The notes: generated from the sequence alone by a model not told the origin. A DNA stretch of 64,000 nucleotides from an uncultured Solirubrobacterales bacterium (GCA_963706765.1 OY970168.1:2886700-2950699), one strand, 5' to 3'; shown: positions 37,927 to 46,910, numbered from the stretch's first letter. Program-made: numbers and translations.

Positions 37927-38750
37927 GGCAGATTCGCCGCTTCCGCTTCGGTGCTGGACGGGTCATAGCGCAGGACGACCGAGTCGCTGAAGGCGACGGT
38001 GCGGTCGGCGCGCGTATCGCTGCTGCTCGGCGCCTGGGTGAAGCTGATCGAGACCTTCGCGAGTTCGTTTGCCACCGTTTGGGCTTTTTCGGCGGTCGAC
38101 TGGCCCGAGGGCAGTTCGGTGCTCGACAGGGGGCCCACGAGCTGGCCGAAGGTGGAGCCGGAGGTGTGTTCGTAGCGGTAGTACTGGAAGATGGTGTCGG
38201 CGCTCGAGACCTGAGGGGCGATCACGTTCGTTGCGAGCACGTGGACGCTCGCGTTAGCCACCTTCGGTTCGGCGAATTTCCAGTTCGGCGCCGAGCCGCT
38301 GCCGGTGAATTGGTAGTCGGTGAGCGTGCCCAACCGCTGGCCGGTGTTGCTCGTTTCCGTGTAGGTCCAGTTGATGTCGTGCTCGGTCACGGCCGTAATG
38401 GCGGCGGCGCCTGCCGTGGAGTTCCCGTAGGCGCTCAGAAACCAGAGGTTCGTGGCGCCCGTCGCGGCGAGCGGAGAGGTGGGTTTTACGCTCGGGCCCT
38501 GGATTGCGTACGCGCCGAAGCCGGTGCAGCTGGAGTGAAGCGGGTCGATGATGCTGCTCATCGCCGAGCGGCCCACCTGGTTGGCTTGCGCCGCGTCGGT
38601 GATCCTGGTCTGTTGGCGCAGCGTGACGTCGAGGATCGCGAGCAGCGCGCCGGTGACGACGACGCCGGTCGTCATCGCGACCAGCAGTTCGATCATCGAG
38701 ATGCCCCGAGCGTCGCGGAGGCGGTGGACGATTCGCGAGAGGAGCGCCAT
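37917..38750 (-). CDS. PilW-like type IV minor pilin
   Basis: Class III signal RDARG|ISMIELLVAM with Glu5; ATG overlaps the upstream stop. Confidence 0.85.
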   Translation of the reverse strand: MALLSRIVHRLRDARGISMIELLVAMTTGVVVTGALLAILDVTLRQQTRITDAAQANQVGRSAMSSIIDPLHSSCTGFGAYAIQGPSVKPTSPLAATGATNLWFLSAYGNSTAGAAAITAVTEHDINWTYTETSNTGQRLGTLTDYQFTGSGSAPNWKFAEPKVANASVHVLATNVIAPQVSSADTIFQYYRYEHTSGSTFGQLVGPLSSTELPSGQSTAEKAQTVANELAKVSISFTQAPSSSDTRADRTVAFSDSVVLRYDPSSTEAEAANLPCE

Positions 38751-40366
38751 CAGCACGTCCCCGATTTGCCCGCGCCGAGGTAGATCACGCCGTAGCCTTC
38801 TTTGGTCGTCCCGCTCGTGCTCGGCTCGGTGCTCGGCCCGGCGCCGGTGTTGTTCGTGAATTTGAATGTGGCCTTTTTGCTCGAGCCGCTGATCATGCCG
38901 CTGACGCAGAGTTCCCATTCGCCGAACGGCTGGTTCTGGTATGTGAGGTGACCTTGAGGATTGAGAGGCTGGTAGTGGACGTAGGTGGGTGAGGGGTTGT
39001 TCACCGGCGCCTGTTCGCTGAGACACTTGGTGTTCGTCAGGGACGCGGTCCCTGAGGTGAGCACGACGCCTTCGTTGCCTGAACCCGCCGCGGTGCCCGT
39101 GTAGACGACTATCTTGACCGGTGGGACCACGAGCTTTTTGCTGGGTGCGACGGTGCTACCTGGGTTCACCTGGGCGGTCGGGTCGGAGTACGCTTCGCCC
39201 GTTTCCGTTTTGTATTCTTCGACATACTTGCTCTGCGAAGCGGGATCGTTGGCGACGCAATCGCCGGCATATGCCGTGTAGGGATTCGCTTCTGCAGGAG
39301 TTCCCGGCTTCACGAAGGGAAACAGCGTTTTGCTCGAGCTCACGGTGGTCAGGTAGTTGGCCGACGCCAGCGCCGCGGATGTGCTGACCGTGCCCTCGAG
39401 GTCGCGCGAGGGCGCCGCCGTCATGCCCGTCTGCAGCGCGACGAACGTCTCGCCAGGGCTGGGTGAGCCAACGCTCGAGAATTCCGCCGCGATCGCGCCC
39501 GGTTCGCCGATCTGGTAGGTCTTCGACGTCGTGGCTCCCGAAGACAGTTTCACGACATCGGAGCTCGGCGTTTTGCCGTTGACTTCGACCCACCCGGTTT
39601 TGGTTGCCAGGACGGTCACTTCGCTCGCTGCGATCGCCCCGAAGATGACGCATCCCGACGCTGGCGTGATCCGCGAAGGCAACCCTGTCGCGGTGACCGT
39701 TGCGCCCGCCACCGGTTCCTTGTTCTGGTTGATGACCTTCACCAGCAGGGCGCGTCCGATCGGGGCGCTGAGGATGCTCGATTGGCTCACGGGGGGACGG
39801 CTGCCGAGCGTCGGCCACGTGACCGACGAGGTCGTCTGGATGTAGTCGGCTGACCCGCTGCTGCTTTCGCAGGCGAGTGCGGCGCCGGTGGTGCTTTCCG
39901 AGGCGGTCACGTATTCGGCGGAGGAGCTGACCGTGTAGACGTTGCCGGTGTAAGCGACACCCGAGTAGCCGCTGTACTTGGCGTATTCGGTGGCCTTGCA
40001 CGGAGTCGCGGGTTCTTCGGCTTCTTTCGCTTCGAGCTGAGCCTTGGTCGAGTTGATGTAGCGCCAGCTGCTGCCCGACTTTTCGACGCACAGACCGTTT
40101 TCGGCGAGCGTGTGCGAGGAGCTGCCCATCTGGCCGAGCTGCGCCGCCGTGAGGCCGTGCAGGCGCTCCTCGTCCTGCTGTGCGATGACCGTCGCCTGGT
40201 TGTGCGCGCGCTCGTCGAAGGTGGTGCGATTGGTCGAGTCGATCCCGCTGAAGGTCGCCACGGCGATCAGCGCGACCAGCAGCGCGCTGATGATCACCTC
40301 GAGCAGCAGAACGCCGTCCTCGGAGGACGGCGGCGGTAGCCTTGAAATCAATGTCGCAATCATCAC
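38750..40366 (-). CDS. Large PilV-like type IV minor pilin with extended C-terminal beta domains
   Basis: SEDG|VLLLEVIISALLVALIA prepilin motif with Glu5; QQDEERL helix. Confidence 0.8.
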   Translation of the reverse strand: MMIATLISRLPPPSSEDGVLLLEVIISALLVALIAVATFSGIDSTNRTTFDERAHNQATVIAQQDEERLHGLTAAQLGQMGSSSHTLAENGLCVEKSGSSWRYINSTKAQLEAKEAEEPATPCKATEYAKYSGYSGVAYTGNVYTVSSSAEYVTASESTTGAALACESSSGSADYIQTTSSVTWPTLGSRPPVSQSSILSAPIGRALLVKVINQNKEPVAGATVTATGLPSRITPASGCVIFGAIAASEVTVLATKTGWVEVNGKTPSSDVVKLSSGATTSKTYQIGEPGAIAAEFSSVGSPSPGETFVALQTGMTAAPSRDLEGTVSTSAALASANYLTTVSSSKTLFPFVKPGTPAEANPYTAYAGDCVANDPASQSKYVEEYKTETGEAYSDPTAQVNPGSTVAPSKKLVVPPVKIVVYTGTAAGSGNEGVVLTSGTASLTNTKCLSEQAPVNNPSPTYVHYQPLNPQGHLTYQNQPFGEWELCVSGMISGSSKKATFKFTNNTGAGPSTEPSTSGTTKEGYGVIYLGAGKSGTC

Positions 40367-40396
40367 AAGCGCTCGAAACGTGGCTCTGACGAAGGC

Positions 40397-40423
40397 TTCG
40401 GCAGCTCAGAGCCGCGGCTTGAG
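40397..40423 (-). promoter_or_regulatory. Putative FliA/WhiG (sigma28)-type promoter of the pilin operon
   Basis: Minus strand reads CTCA-N17-GCCGAA, ending about 30 nt upstream of the start codon. Confidence 0.6.
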
Positions 40424-40678
40424 GAGCGAACGCGGTTCGAGCGCGAAGCAACGAGCGTCGGCGGGGCAGTCGTCCGCACGGCGCTACGGTCGGCCGCGGC
40501 GACGGTCGGGTCGCGGCGACATCGATGATCCGAGCGAGCGGCCTGCTGGATATGCTCAGCGCCGAGCGTCGGCAGCGGCGCGCGATGCGCCGTCAGCTTC
40601 GCTGCGTTGAGAGCCGAGTCGGACCGCGCGCCGGCCCGTTGCTGGACATACTCGACTCGTCCGCGAGCGGATGGTCTC

Positions 40679-40749
40679 GGGGGACTGGTGTAGTGGTAAC
40701 ACGGCGGTCTCCAAAACCGCAACTCGAGGTTCGATTCCTCGGTCCCCCG
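40679..40749 (+). tRNA. tRNA-Trp(CCA)
   Basis: GGGGGAC/GTCCCCC acceptor, GCGGT-CTCCAAA-ACCGC anticodon arm, GGTTCGATT; no encoded CCA end. Confidence 0.95.
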
Positions 40750-41021
40750 CTCAAGGAGGCCCGGTAGATCCAGGCTTTTCCGCTTTACAGAGCGGGATTA
40801 CGGGGTCACGTCCGGCTCGGTGGGGTTCCTCATCGAGCCGCTGGAATTGGCTGATCTGGCGGTCATATCCCGACTCGGCTCGCATCGGAGGGCGCCACGC
40901 TCGAAGGGGCAGCGGCAGATCAACAAAGGGCTCTGCATGCTAATCTTCATAAATCCAATCAAGAAACACGAGATTGGCGTCCACGCAGCGGTTGGCGGAC
41001 GCTCGGAGACCGACAGGAGCT

Positions 41022-42113
41022 ATGCAAATGCGCATCGACATACACCAGCACTTCTGGACAGAGCCGCTTCTGGAATCGCTCGCGCGCCGGCGTGAGCTTC
41101 CGTTCATCCGCTCCGAGCACGGTCTGACGGCGCTCTATCTCGCAGGCGAGCGACCGTTCGTGCTGGACCTGACGGGCGAATCGCCGCGTGAGCGCGCGCG
41201 TCTGGTGCAGCGGGATGGAATCGAGCGGGCGCTCGTGTGCATCTCGAGTCCTCTGGGGATCGAGTCGCTGCCGCGTGAGGAGTGCCTGCCGCTGCTCGAT
41301 GCGTATCACGAGGGCGCGCTGGCGCTCGGAGAGCCGTTCGGCGTGTGGGGCGCGGTTCCGCTCGACCGTCCCGACCCGCGTGACGTCGATCGCGCGCTCG
41401 ATCGTGGCTGCGTGGGCATCTCGCTGCCTGCCGGCGCTCTGGCGGGGGTCTCGTCGTTCGCGCGCCTGCGGCCGCTGCTCTCACGGCTCGAATCGCGCGA
41501 CGCGCCGCTGCTCGTGCATCCGGGACCGGGCGCCAATCCACCGGGCGCCGATGCCGCGGCGCTCGGAGATCCTCTGTGGTGGCCGGCCCTGACCCGCTAC
41601 GTCTCGGCGATACACACCGCCTGGTTCGCGTTCTTCGCCGTCGGGCGCTCCGCGCATCCGCGTCTGAAGGTCGCTTTCACGATGCTCGCCGGGCTGGCGC
41701 CGCTCCAGGGCGAGCGTCTCGCCGCACGCGGCGGGCACCTGCCGCCAGAGCCCGATCCGCTCGTGTTCTATGACGTCTCCTCCTACGGCGCATCGGCGGT
41801 GCGTGCGATCGCGGCCACGGTCGGTCGCGATCGCCTGCTCTACGGCTCCGACCGACCCGTGGTCGACCCGAGCCCACGCTGGGCGCCAGACTCGCTCGGC
41901 TTCGATCTGCACGCAAGCGGCGCTGAGGCGGCAGCGCGCCTGCTCGACCGCGGCGGTGGCTCGCGTTACTCACTCGCCAGCCGGGCACGCGTCCCGGGCA
42001 GGCCGATCGCGCCGCGCCTGCCGCGGCCTGCGCAAACTGAGTCCGCGCTGGCCGCGCTCGCGCCCCCGAGCAAGTCCAGGCCCAGGCGCGATCGGGGCGT
42101 TCTGGCGCGATGA
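41022..42113 (+). CDS. Amidohydrolase family protein (Amidohydro_2-like)
   Basis: IDIHQH, LLVHP and LYGSDRP metal-site motifs. Confidence 0.85.
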   Translation: MQMRIDIHQHFWTEPLLESLARRRELPFIRSEHGLTALYLAGERPFVLDLTGESPRERARLVQRDGIERALVCISSPLGIESLPREECLPLLDAYHEGALALGEPFGVWGAVPLDRPDPRDVDRALDRGCVGISLPAGALAGVSSFARLRPLLSRLESRDAPLLVHPGPGANPPGADAAALGDPLWWPALTRYVSAIHTAWFAFFAVGRSAHPRLKVAFTMLAGLAPLQGERLAARGGHLPPEPDPLVFYDVSSYGASAVRAIAATVGRDRLLYGSDRPVVDPSPRWAPDSLGFDLHASGAEAAARLLDRGGGSRYSLASRARVPGRPIAPRLPRPAQTESALAALAPPSKSRPRRDRGVLAR

Positions 42114-42661
42114 GACCGGACTTCACGGAGGTGCCGCGTCCTCGGCGGCGCGACCTCAGCGCCCCCGAGCTCGAGATGTTCGTCGCAGAGCTGGCCGACC
42201 GACCTGAGCTGTGGATCCATCTGGTGCGCCACGACGGCAGCCAGCGGATCTACGAGGAGCTGTTCAGCGACGATCACGTGACGTCATGGCTGATCTGCTG
42301 GTCACAGGACCAGGACACCGGCTACCACGACCACGACGTCTCCAGTGGCGCGGTAGCGGTCGTCGGCGGGATGGTTCGAGAGCAGCGTCTGAGGATCGAC
42401 GGACCCCCGCGCGAGCGCAGCTTCGGCGTGGGCGGGCGCTTTCACTTCAGTGCCTCCGACATCCACCGCGTGATGCACGCAGGCGCCGATCCTGCTGTGA
42501 CGCTGCACGTCTACTCGCCGCCGCTCGGTCGCATGGGCGCCTACGCGGTGGCTGAGGATGGTGTGCTTGCCCGTCATCCGCTCGCCTCCGGGCAGGAGCT
42601 GCGCCCGCACGAGCGCAGACCCTCGGCGCACCCTCCTGCGCCTGCGCTGCCGGGGCGCTGA
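42110..42661 (+). CDS. Cysteine/thiol dioxygenase family protein
   Basis: LICW...YHDH, IHRV and LHVYSPP motifs (3-His site plus Tyr); ATGA-coupled to the amidohydrolase. Confidence 0.88.
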   Translation: MRPDFTEVPRPRRRDLSAPELEMFVAELADRPELWIHLVRHDGSQRIYEELFSDDHVTSWLICWSQDQDTGYHDHDVSSGAVAVVGGMVREQRLRIDGPPRERSFGVGGRFHFSASDIHRVMHAGADPAVTLHVYSPPLGRMGAYAVAEDGVLARHPLASGQELRPHERRPSAHPPAPALPGR

Positions 42662-42754
42662 CCGCGAACGGCCCAGCCTGAGCGGAGCGGCGCCTCGCAC
42701 CCGGCCACGCCCGACGCGTAGCGGGCGCCCGAACGTGGCCGTCGCGCCGGCTCC

Positions 42755-43516
42755 TCAGTGCTGGCCCTTGGCTCCGGGCCTGCTGTTGACGCCGCCGTCG
42801 GTCGCGGTGATGATCTCGCTGACCATCTCCGGCGCAAACAGCCCGTGCTCGACAACCCCTGGGGTCGCGCTCAGGCGCGCCGCGAGTTCGCGGGGGTCGC
42901 CGACCGCGCCTGAGTAGTAGGCGAGCAGATTTCCATCCGGGCTCGGCGCGGCCTCGCGCAGGCTGACGTCGCCGAGCTCTCGCAGCGTGCTGTTGACGCC
43001 GAAGCGCAGCAGCTCCAACGGCACCGGTGGCTGGAGATGGGAGACCTCCTTGTTCGCCGAGACGATCACGAGGAAGCGCCTTGCCGCGGCCGCGACGATC
43101 TTCTCGCGCGTGTGCGCACCGCCGCCGCCCTTCACCAGCCAGCCGGCTGGGTCGACCTGGTCGGCGCCATCGATCGCCAACTCGAGCTCCTCGACGTCGT
43201 TGAGCTCGAGCACGTTCAGGCCCAGGCCTTCCGCGATGCTCGCCGTCGCGGGGGAGGTTGCTACGAAGCGGGCCCGGGAGAGCGCTCCGGCGCGCTCGCC
43301 CAGTGCCTGCAGCAGGAACGCGACCGTCGAGCCCGTTCCCAGCCCCGCGAGCATCCCGTCCTCGACCAGATCTGCCGCGGCGTAGCCCGCTGCCCGCTTC
43401 TGCTCTTCGATCTCGGGGAGATCTGCATCGGCGATCTCGGCTCTCTCGGCGAGCTCGGCACGGGCGGCACGCTCAGGCGGCGACGACTCATGCGCAGGGC
43501 CGGGATCCGGCGCCAT
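42755..43516 (-). CDS. rpiA: Ribose-5-phosphate isomerase A (start may be further downstream)
   Basis: GLGTGST, IDGADQV, KGGGGAHTREK, VVEHGLF. Confidence 0.93.
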   Translation of the reverse strand: MAPDPGPAHESSPPERAARAELAERAEIADADLPEIEEQKRAAGYAAADLVEDGMLAGLGTGSTVAFLLQALGERAGALSRARFVATSPATASIAEGLGLNVLELNDVEELELAIDGADQVDPAGWLVKGGGGAHTREKIVAAAARRFLVIVSANKEVSHLQPPVPLELLRFGVNSTLRELGDVSLREAAPSPDGNLLAYYSGAVGDPRELAARLSATPGVVEHGLFAPEMVSEIITATDGGVNSRPGAKGQH

Positions 43517-43527
43517 ACCGGATTCGG

Positions 43528-44019
43528 TTATGGCTGCGCTGCGCCGAGCGGCGGCGCGGCGGGCTCGGACCTGTCAGCACGCATCTCGGCGCGCGTCCTC
43601 GCGTCGATGTCGCCACGAAGGAAGCGCCAGGTCGAGAGAATCACGAGCACTGTCATCAGGATCGCGCTCGACACGCACCACTCACAGATTTTGTGCAGCG
43701 TGAAGACCTCGCGGTAGGTCAGGTAGAGGCTGAATCCGAAGCCCCCGAGCGTCAGCGCGGCGGTCGCGAACCTGGTTGTCTCGTTTTCCCGGACCAGCAG
43801 CGAGCCGAGGATCACGATGTAGCCGATCAGCCCGATCAGCGCCACCGGCACGCCCGCCAGCTCGGAATAGCGCGATTTCTGAACCTGGCTGCAGGGGTTG
43901 CCCTTGATCGAGCAGGGGGGCGTCGTGCCCGAGTAGTGCAGGTAGGTCAGGTAGGCCGCAAGGCAGAGTCCAATGGCCGAGAGCACGATCAGCACCACTC
44001 TGAGGCTCTTCTGGCTCAT
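43528..44019 (-). CDS. Vitamin K epoxide reductase (VKOR) family protein
   Basis: Loop Cys pair CSIKGNPC, YSELAGVPVA, CEWC active site. Confidence 0.93.
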   Translation of the reverse strand: MSQKSLRVVLIVLSAIGLCLAAYLTYLHYSGTTPPCSIKGNPCSQVQKSRYSELAGVPVALIGLIGYIVILGSLLVRENETTRFATAALTLGGFGFSLYLTYREVFTLHKICEWCVSSAILMTVLVILSTWRFLRGDIDARTRAEMRADRSEPAAPPLGAAQP

Positions 44020-44023
44020 GGCG

Positions 44024-44857
44024 CTAGCCCTTGAGGTGCTTTTCGATCGCTTCGTTGAACGACGTCGGGTCCGTAAGCGACGCGTAGGTGAGCTTCGAGA
44101 GTTCGCCCCCGGTCTTGCCGATCGTGAACGACGGAGTGCCCGTGAACCCGTTGTTGTTCGCAGCCTGCGCGTCGGCTTCGACCTGGTTGTTGAAGGCCGG
44201 ATCGCTGCGGTCGCTCGTCCACTGGGTGAGGTTCAGGCCCGGCACCTGCTGCGCCAGCCCCTGAAGGTAGCTTTCATTGACATAGCCGCTGTCCTCTTCT
44301 CCCTGCTCGTGGTAGAAGAGCTCGACGAACTGCCACATCTTCTGCTGCTTACCCGCCGCCAGCGCGGCGACCTGTTGGGTTTTGAAGATTTCCGGTTCGC
44401 GCGTCGCGGTCTCGAGTGAGCGGTATTCGACCTTCACCTTGCCGCTGCGCACCCATTGCTGAACGATCGAGGGGAACGCGCCGAGCGTGAACTCCTTGCA
44501 GATCGGACACTCGAGATCGCCGAAGTACTGGATCGTCACCGGCGCGTTGGGGTTGCCGAGGGTGTTGCCTTTCTGGGGTATGCCGCCGACCGCCTTTTCG
44601 ACTTCGGCGACTGTCTTGTTCGCTTCTTTGGTTCCCGGGGCGACCTTCTTGCTGCTGCCTCCGCCCGTCGCTACGAGGATCACGACGACGACCACGACCA
44701 CCGCTGCGAACGCGCCGCCGAGCAGCGTCAGGCGTTTGCGGCGCGCAGCGCTCGCGGCGTGTTCTTCCTCTACCGCCTTGCGCTCCGCTCGGGCCTGCTC
44801 GCGACGCTGCTTGCGGGTCAGGTTGGTCTCGTCGTCCTCCTCCACCGAACTGCTCAT
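44024..44857 (-). CDS. dsbA: Membrane-anchored DsbA-family thiol-disulfide oxidoreductase
   Basis: One TM anchor, GNPNAPVTI, DLECPIC, GTPSF (cis-Pro loop). Confidence 0.9.
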   Translation of the reverse strand: MSSSVEEDDETNLTRKQRREQARAERKAVEEEHAASAARRKRLTLLGGAFAAVVVVVVVILVATGGGSSKKVAPGTKEANKTVAEVEKAVGGIPQKGNTLGNPNAPVTIQYFGDLECPICKEFTLGAFPSIVQQWVRSGKVKVEYRSLETATREPEIFKTQQVAALAAGKQQKMWQFVELFYHEQGEEDSGYVNESYLQGLAQQVPGLNLTQWTSDRSDPAFNNQVEADAQAANNNGFTGTPSFTIGKTGGELSKLTYASLTDPTSFNEAIEKHLKG

Positions 44858-44975
44858 GGCCTCATTTTCTACAGGGTTTCGTTCAAGCCTGCCTAAGTGG
44901 CGGGCCCGCGGGCGCTGCGCATGCGACGATTCTAGGCTCTGAGGCGCCGGCGGCCAAGGCGGTCGTCGCAGGCAG

Positions 44976-45049
44976 GCCCCCGTAGCTCAGCTGGATAGAG
45001 CATCGGATTTCTAATCCGAGGGTCCCAGGTTCGAATCCTGGCGGGGGCG
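44976..45049 (+). tRNA. tRNA-Arg(TCT)
   Basis: GCCCCCG acceptor, TCGGA-TTTCTAA-TCCGA anticodon arm, GGTTCGAAT; no encoded CCA. Confidence 0.95.
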
Positions 45050-45147
45050 CTGAGGTCCGAACCGGGTCCGCGGACGTCGGCGGACGCCCGCGCTCCATCT
45101 CTGCGCGCGGGCGCTCCATCTCCGATTGCGCCTACTCTGCGAGCTTG

Positions 45148-46077
45148 ATGGGCGACCGTCCTGCAGAGCCGCGCGGCGATCAGATCCTCGAGGGCGAGAA
45201 CCTCGCGCTGCTGCCGCGGTTCAGCGACGGGCTGTTTCAGCTCGTGTACATCGACCCGCCCTTCAACACCGGCCGCCTGCAGTCGCGCAGGAGCATCAGC
45301 ACAGCGCGCGATGAGCGCGGCGATCGCACCGGGTTTCAGGGGCGCCGCTACAGCACCCGCCTGCTCGCCGAGTCCTCCTACCGAGACTCCTTCGACGACT
45401 ATCTCGCCTTTCTCGAGCCCCGCCTGCGCGAAGCCCGCAGGCTGCTGGGCCAGGAGGGGACGCTGTACTTCCACATCGACTACCGCGAGGCCCACTACTG
45501 CAAGCTCCTGCTCGATGAGATCTTCGGGCGCGAGTGCTTTCTGAACGAGATCGTCTGGGCATATGACTACGGGGCCCGCTCGAGCCGCCGCTGGCCGGCC
45601 AAGCACGACACGATCCTCGTCTACGTGCGCGATCCCGAACGCTACTGGTTCGACTCGAGCGCAGTCGATCGCGAGCCCTATATGGCGCCCGGTCTGGTGA
45701 CGCCCGAGAAGGCCGCCCGCGGCAAGCTCCCGACAGATGTCTGGTGGCACACGATCGTGCCGACCAACGGTCGCGAGAAGACCGGCTATCCGACGCAGAA
45801 GCCCGAGGGCATCGTCCGCCGGATGGTCCAGGCCTCGACACGGCCCGGCGACTGGTGCCTGGACTTCTTCGCCGGCAGCGGGACGCTGGGGGCGGTCGCT
45901 GCGCAGCTGGAACGCCACTTCGTCCTGATCGACTCCAGCCCCGAGGCGGTCGCAGTAATGCGCTCGCGCCTGACAGCCGAGCGCGATCAGCGGGACGGCG
46001 CGGACGCCGAGCGCGCGGGCGATCGCCAAGACGGCGCGGACGCCGAGCGCGCGTCCTCGCCGGGCGCCGCGGCCTGA
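45148..46077 (+). CDS. Site-specific DNA methyltransferase (N6A/N4C, beta order), no cognate nuclease nearby
   Basis: YIDPPF (motif IV) precedes YPTQKP and LDFFAGSGT (motif I). Confidence 0.93.
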   Translation: MGDRPAEPRGDQILEGENLALLPRFSDGLFQLVYIDPPFNTGRLQSRRSISTARDERGDRTGFQGRRYSTRLLAESSYRDSFDDYLAFLEPRLREARRLLGQEGTLYFHIDYREAHYCKLLLDEIFGRECFLNEIVWAYDYGARSSRRWPAKHDTILVYVRDPERYWFDSSAVDREPYMAPGLVTPEKAARGKLPTDVWWHTIVPTNGREKTGYPTQKPEGIVRRMVQASTRPGDWCLDFFAGSGTLGAVAAQLERHFVLIDSSPEAVAVMRSRLTAERDQRDGADAERAGDRQDGADAERASSPGAAA

Positions 46078-46128
46078 CCCGCAGACCCCGAGCGCCATGC
46101 AGCCTCGGGACATGGCAGCCTTCGACTC

Positions 46129-46650
46129 GTGTTCCACATCGAGCTGCGCCAGTTTCCGCACAACGCCTGGCGTTTCAACCTCAGCGAGGGCGAGCTGTTC
46201 GCGGCAGTGCTCGAGCCATGGCTGCGCGACCAATGGATCGAGCTCAGCGAACGCAAGTGGAAAGCCGACCAGGCGCGGCTGACGGTGCTCGAGGGACCGA
46301 GCCTCGCGGTGCAGCAGCTCTCGATGGGACGCGGCTGGCGAAACGCCGAGCGCGAGAGCACGGACGTCACCGAGCAGGTGATGGCGCAGGCGCGGGCACG
46401 CGTCGCCAGCGCCGGCGCGCAAGCACACGCCCTGGCGGGCCCGGGCCCGGGCCCGGGCGGGGCGAGCCCGCTCGCCGGCGGGCAGGCAGCCGGCGTGCAG
46501 GAGGAGGTGAGGCGAGCGCTGATCATGCTCCTCGGCAACGATCCCGAGGCGCTTCTGCAGGCCTGGCAGCTCGCTGCAGGTCGGCGTCCCGAGCTCTCTC
46601 CGAGCGAGTGTCTCGCGCTCGCCGAAAGAACGCTCCGATCGCTCGGTTGA
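46129..46650 (+). CDS. Hypothetical protein
   Basis: Protein-like ORF between the MTase and tRNA-His (HIELRQFPHNAWRFNLS...). Confidence 0.7.
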   Translation: MFHIELRQFPHNAWRFNLSEGELFAAVLEPWLRDQWIELSERKWKADQARLTVLEGPSLAVQQLSMGRGWRNAERESTDVTEQVMAQARARVASAGAQAHALAGPGPGPGGASPLAGGQAAGVQEEVRRALIMLLGNDPEALLQAWQLAAGRRPELSPSECLALAERTLRSLG

Positions 46651-46688
46651 GCGCGCTGGGGCGCCGCTAGACTCCGACTGCGTCACGT

Positions 46689-46762
46689 GGTGGGCGTAGC
46701 TCAGCTGGTAGAGCTCCTGGTTGTGGTCCAGGCGGTCGGGGGTTCGAGTCCCCTCGCTCACC
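46689..46762 (+). tRNA. tRNA-His(GTG)
   Basis: G-1:C73 pair, GTGGGCG/CGCTCAC acceptor, CCTGG-TTGTGGT-CCAGG anticodon arm; no encoded CCA. Confidence 0.95.
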
Positions 46763-46770
46763 CTCACAGA

Positions 46771-46799
46771 GCCCCTGTAAGTGGCTGGTTTTCAGGGGC
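46771..46799 (+). terminator. Hairpin after tRNA-His
   Basis: GCCCCTG...CAGGGGC inverted repeat. Confidence 0.45.
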
Positions 46800-46910
46800 A
46801 ACACGTTTGTCCGCGGGGAGCGCTGCACCGAGGGCGAGTCGGACCTCCCGGACACGCCGACTCGAGGCTCCCCGTCGCTGAATGCCTAGCCGAGTGCTGT
46901 TTACCCGTCG

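Noticed and set aside
40367-40620. c-di-GMP riboswitch upstream of the pilin operon
   Set aside because: Stems are present, but I could not find the conserved GEMM-I segments. A sigma28 promoter with inverted repeats explains the region better.
45148-46650. Complete restriction-modification system
   Set aside because: The downstream ORF shows no recognisable PD-(D/E)xK, HNH or GIY-YIG motif.
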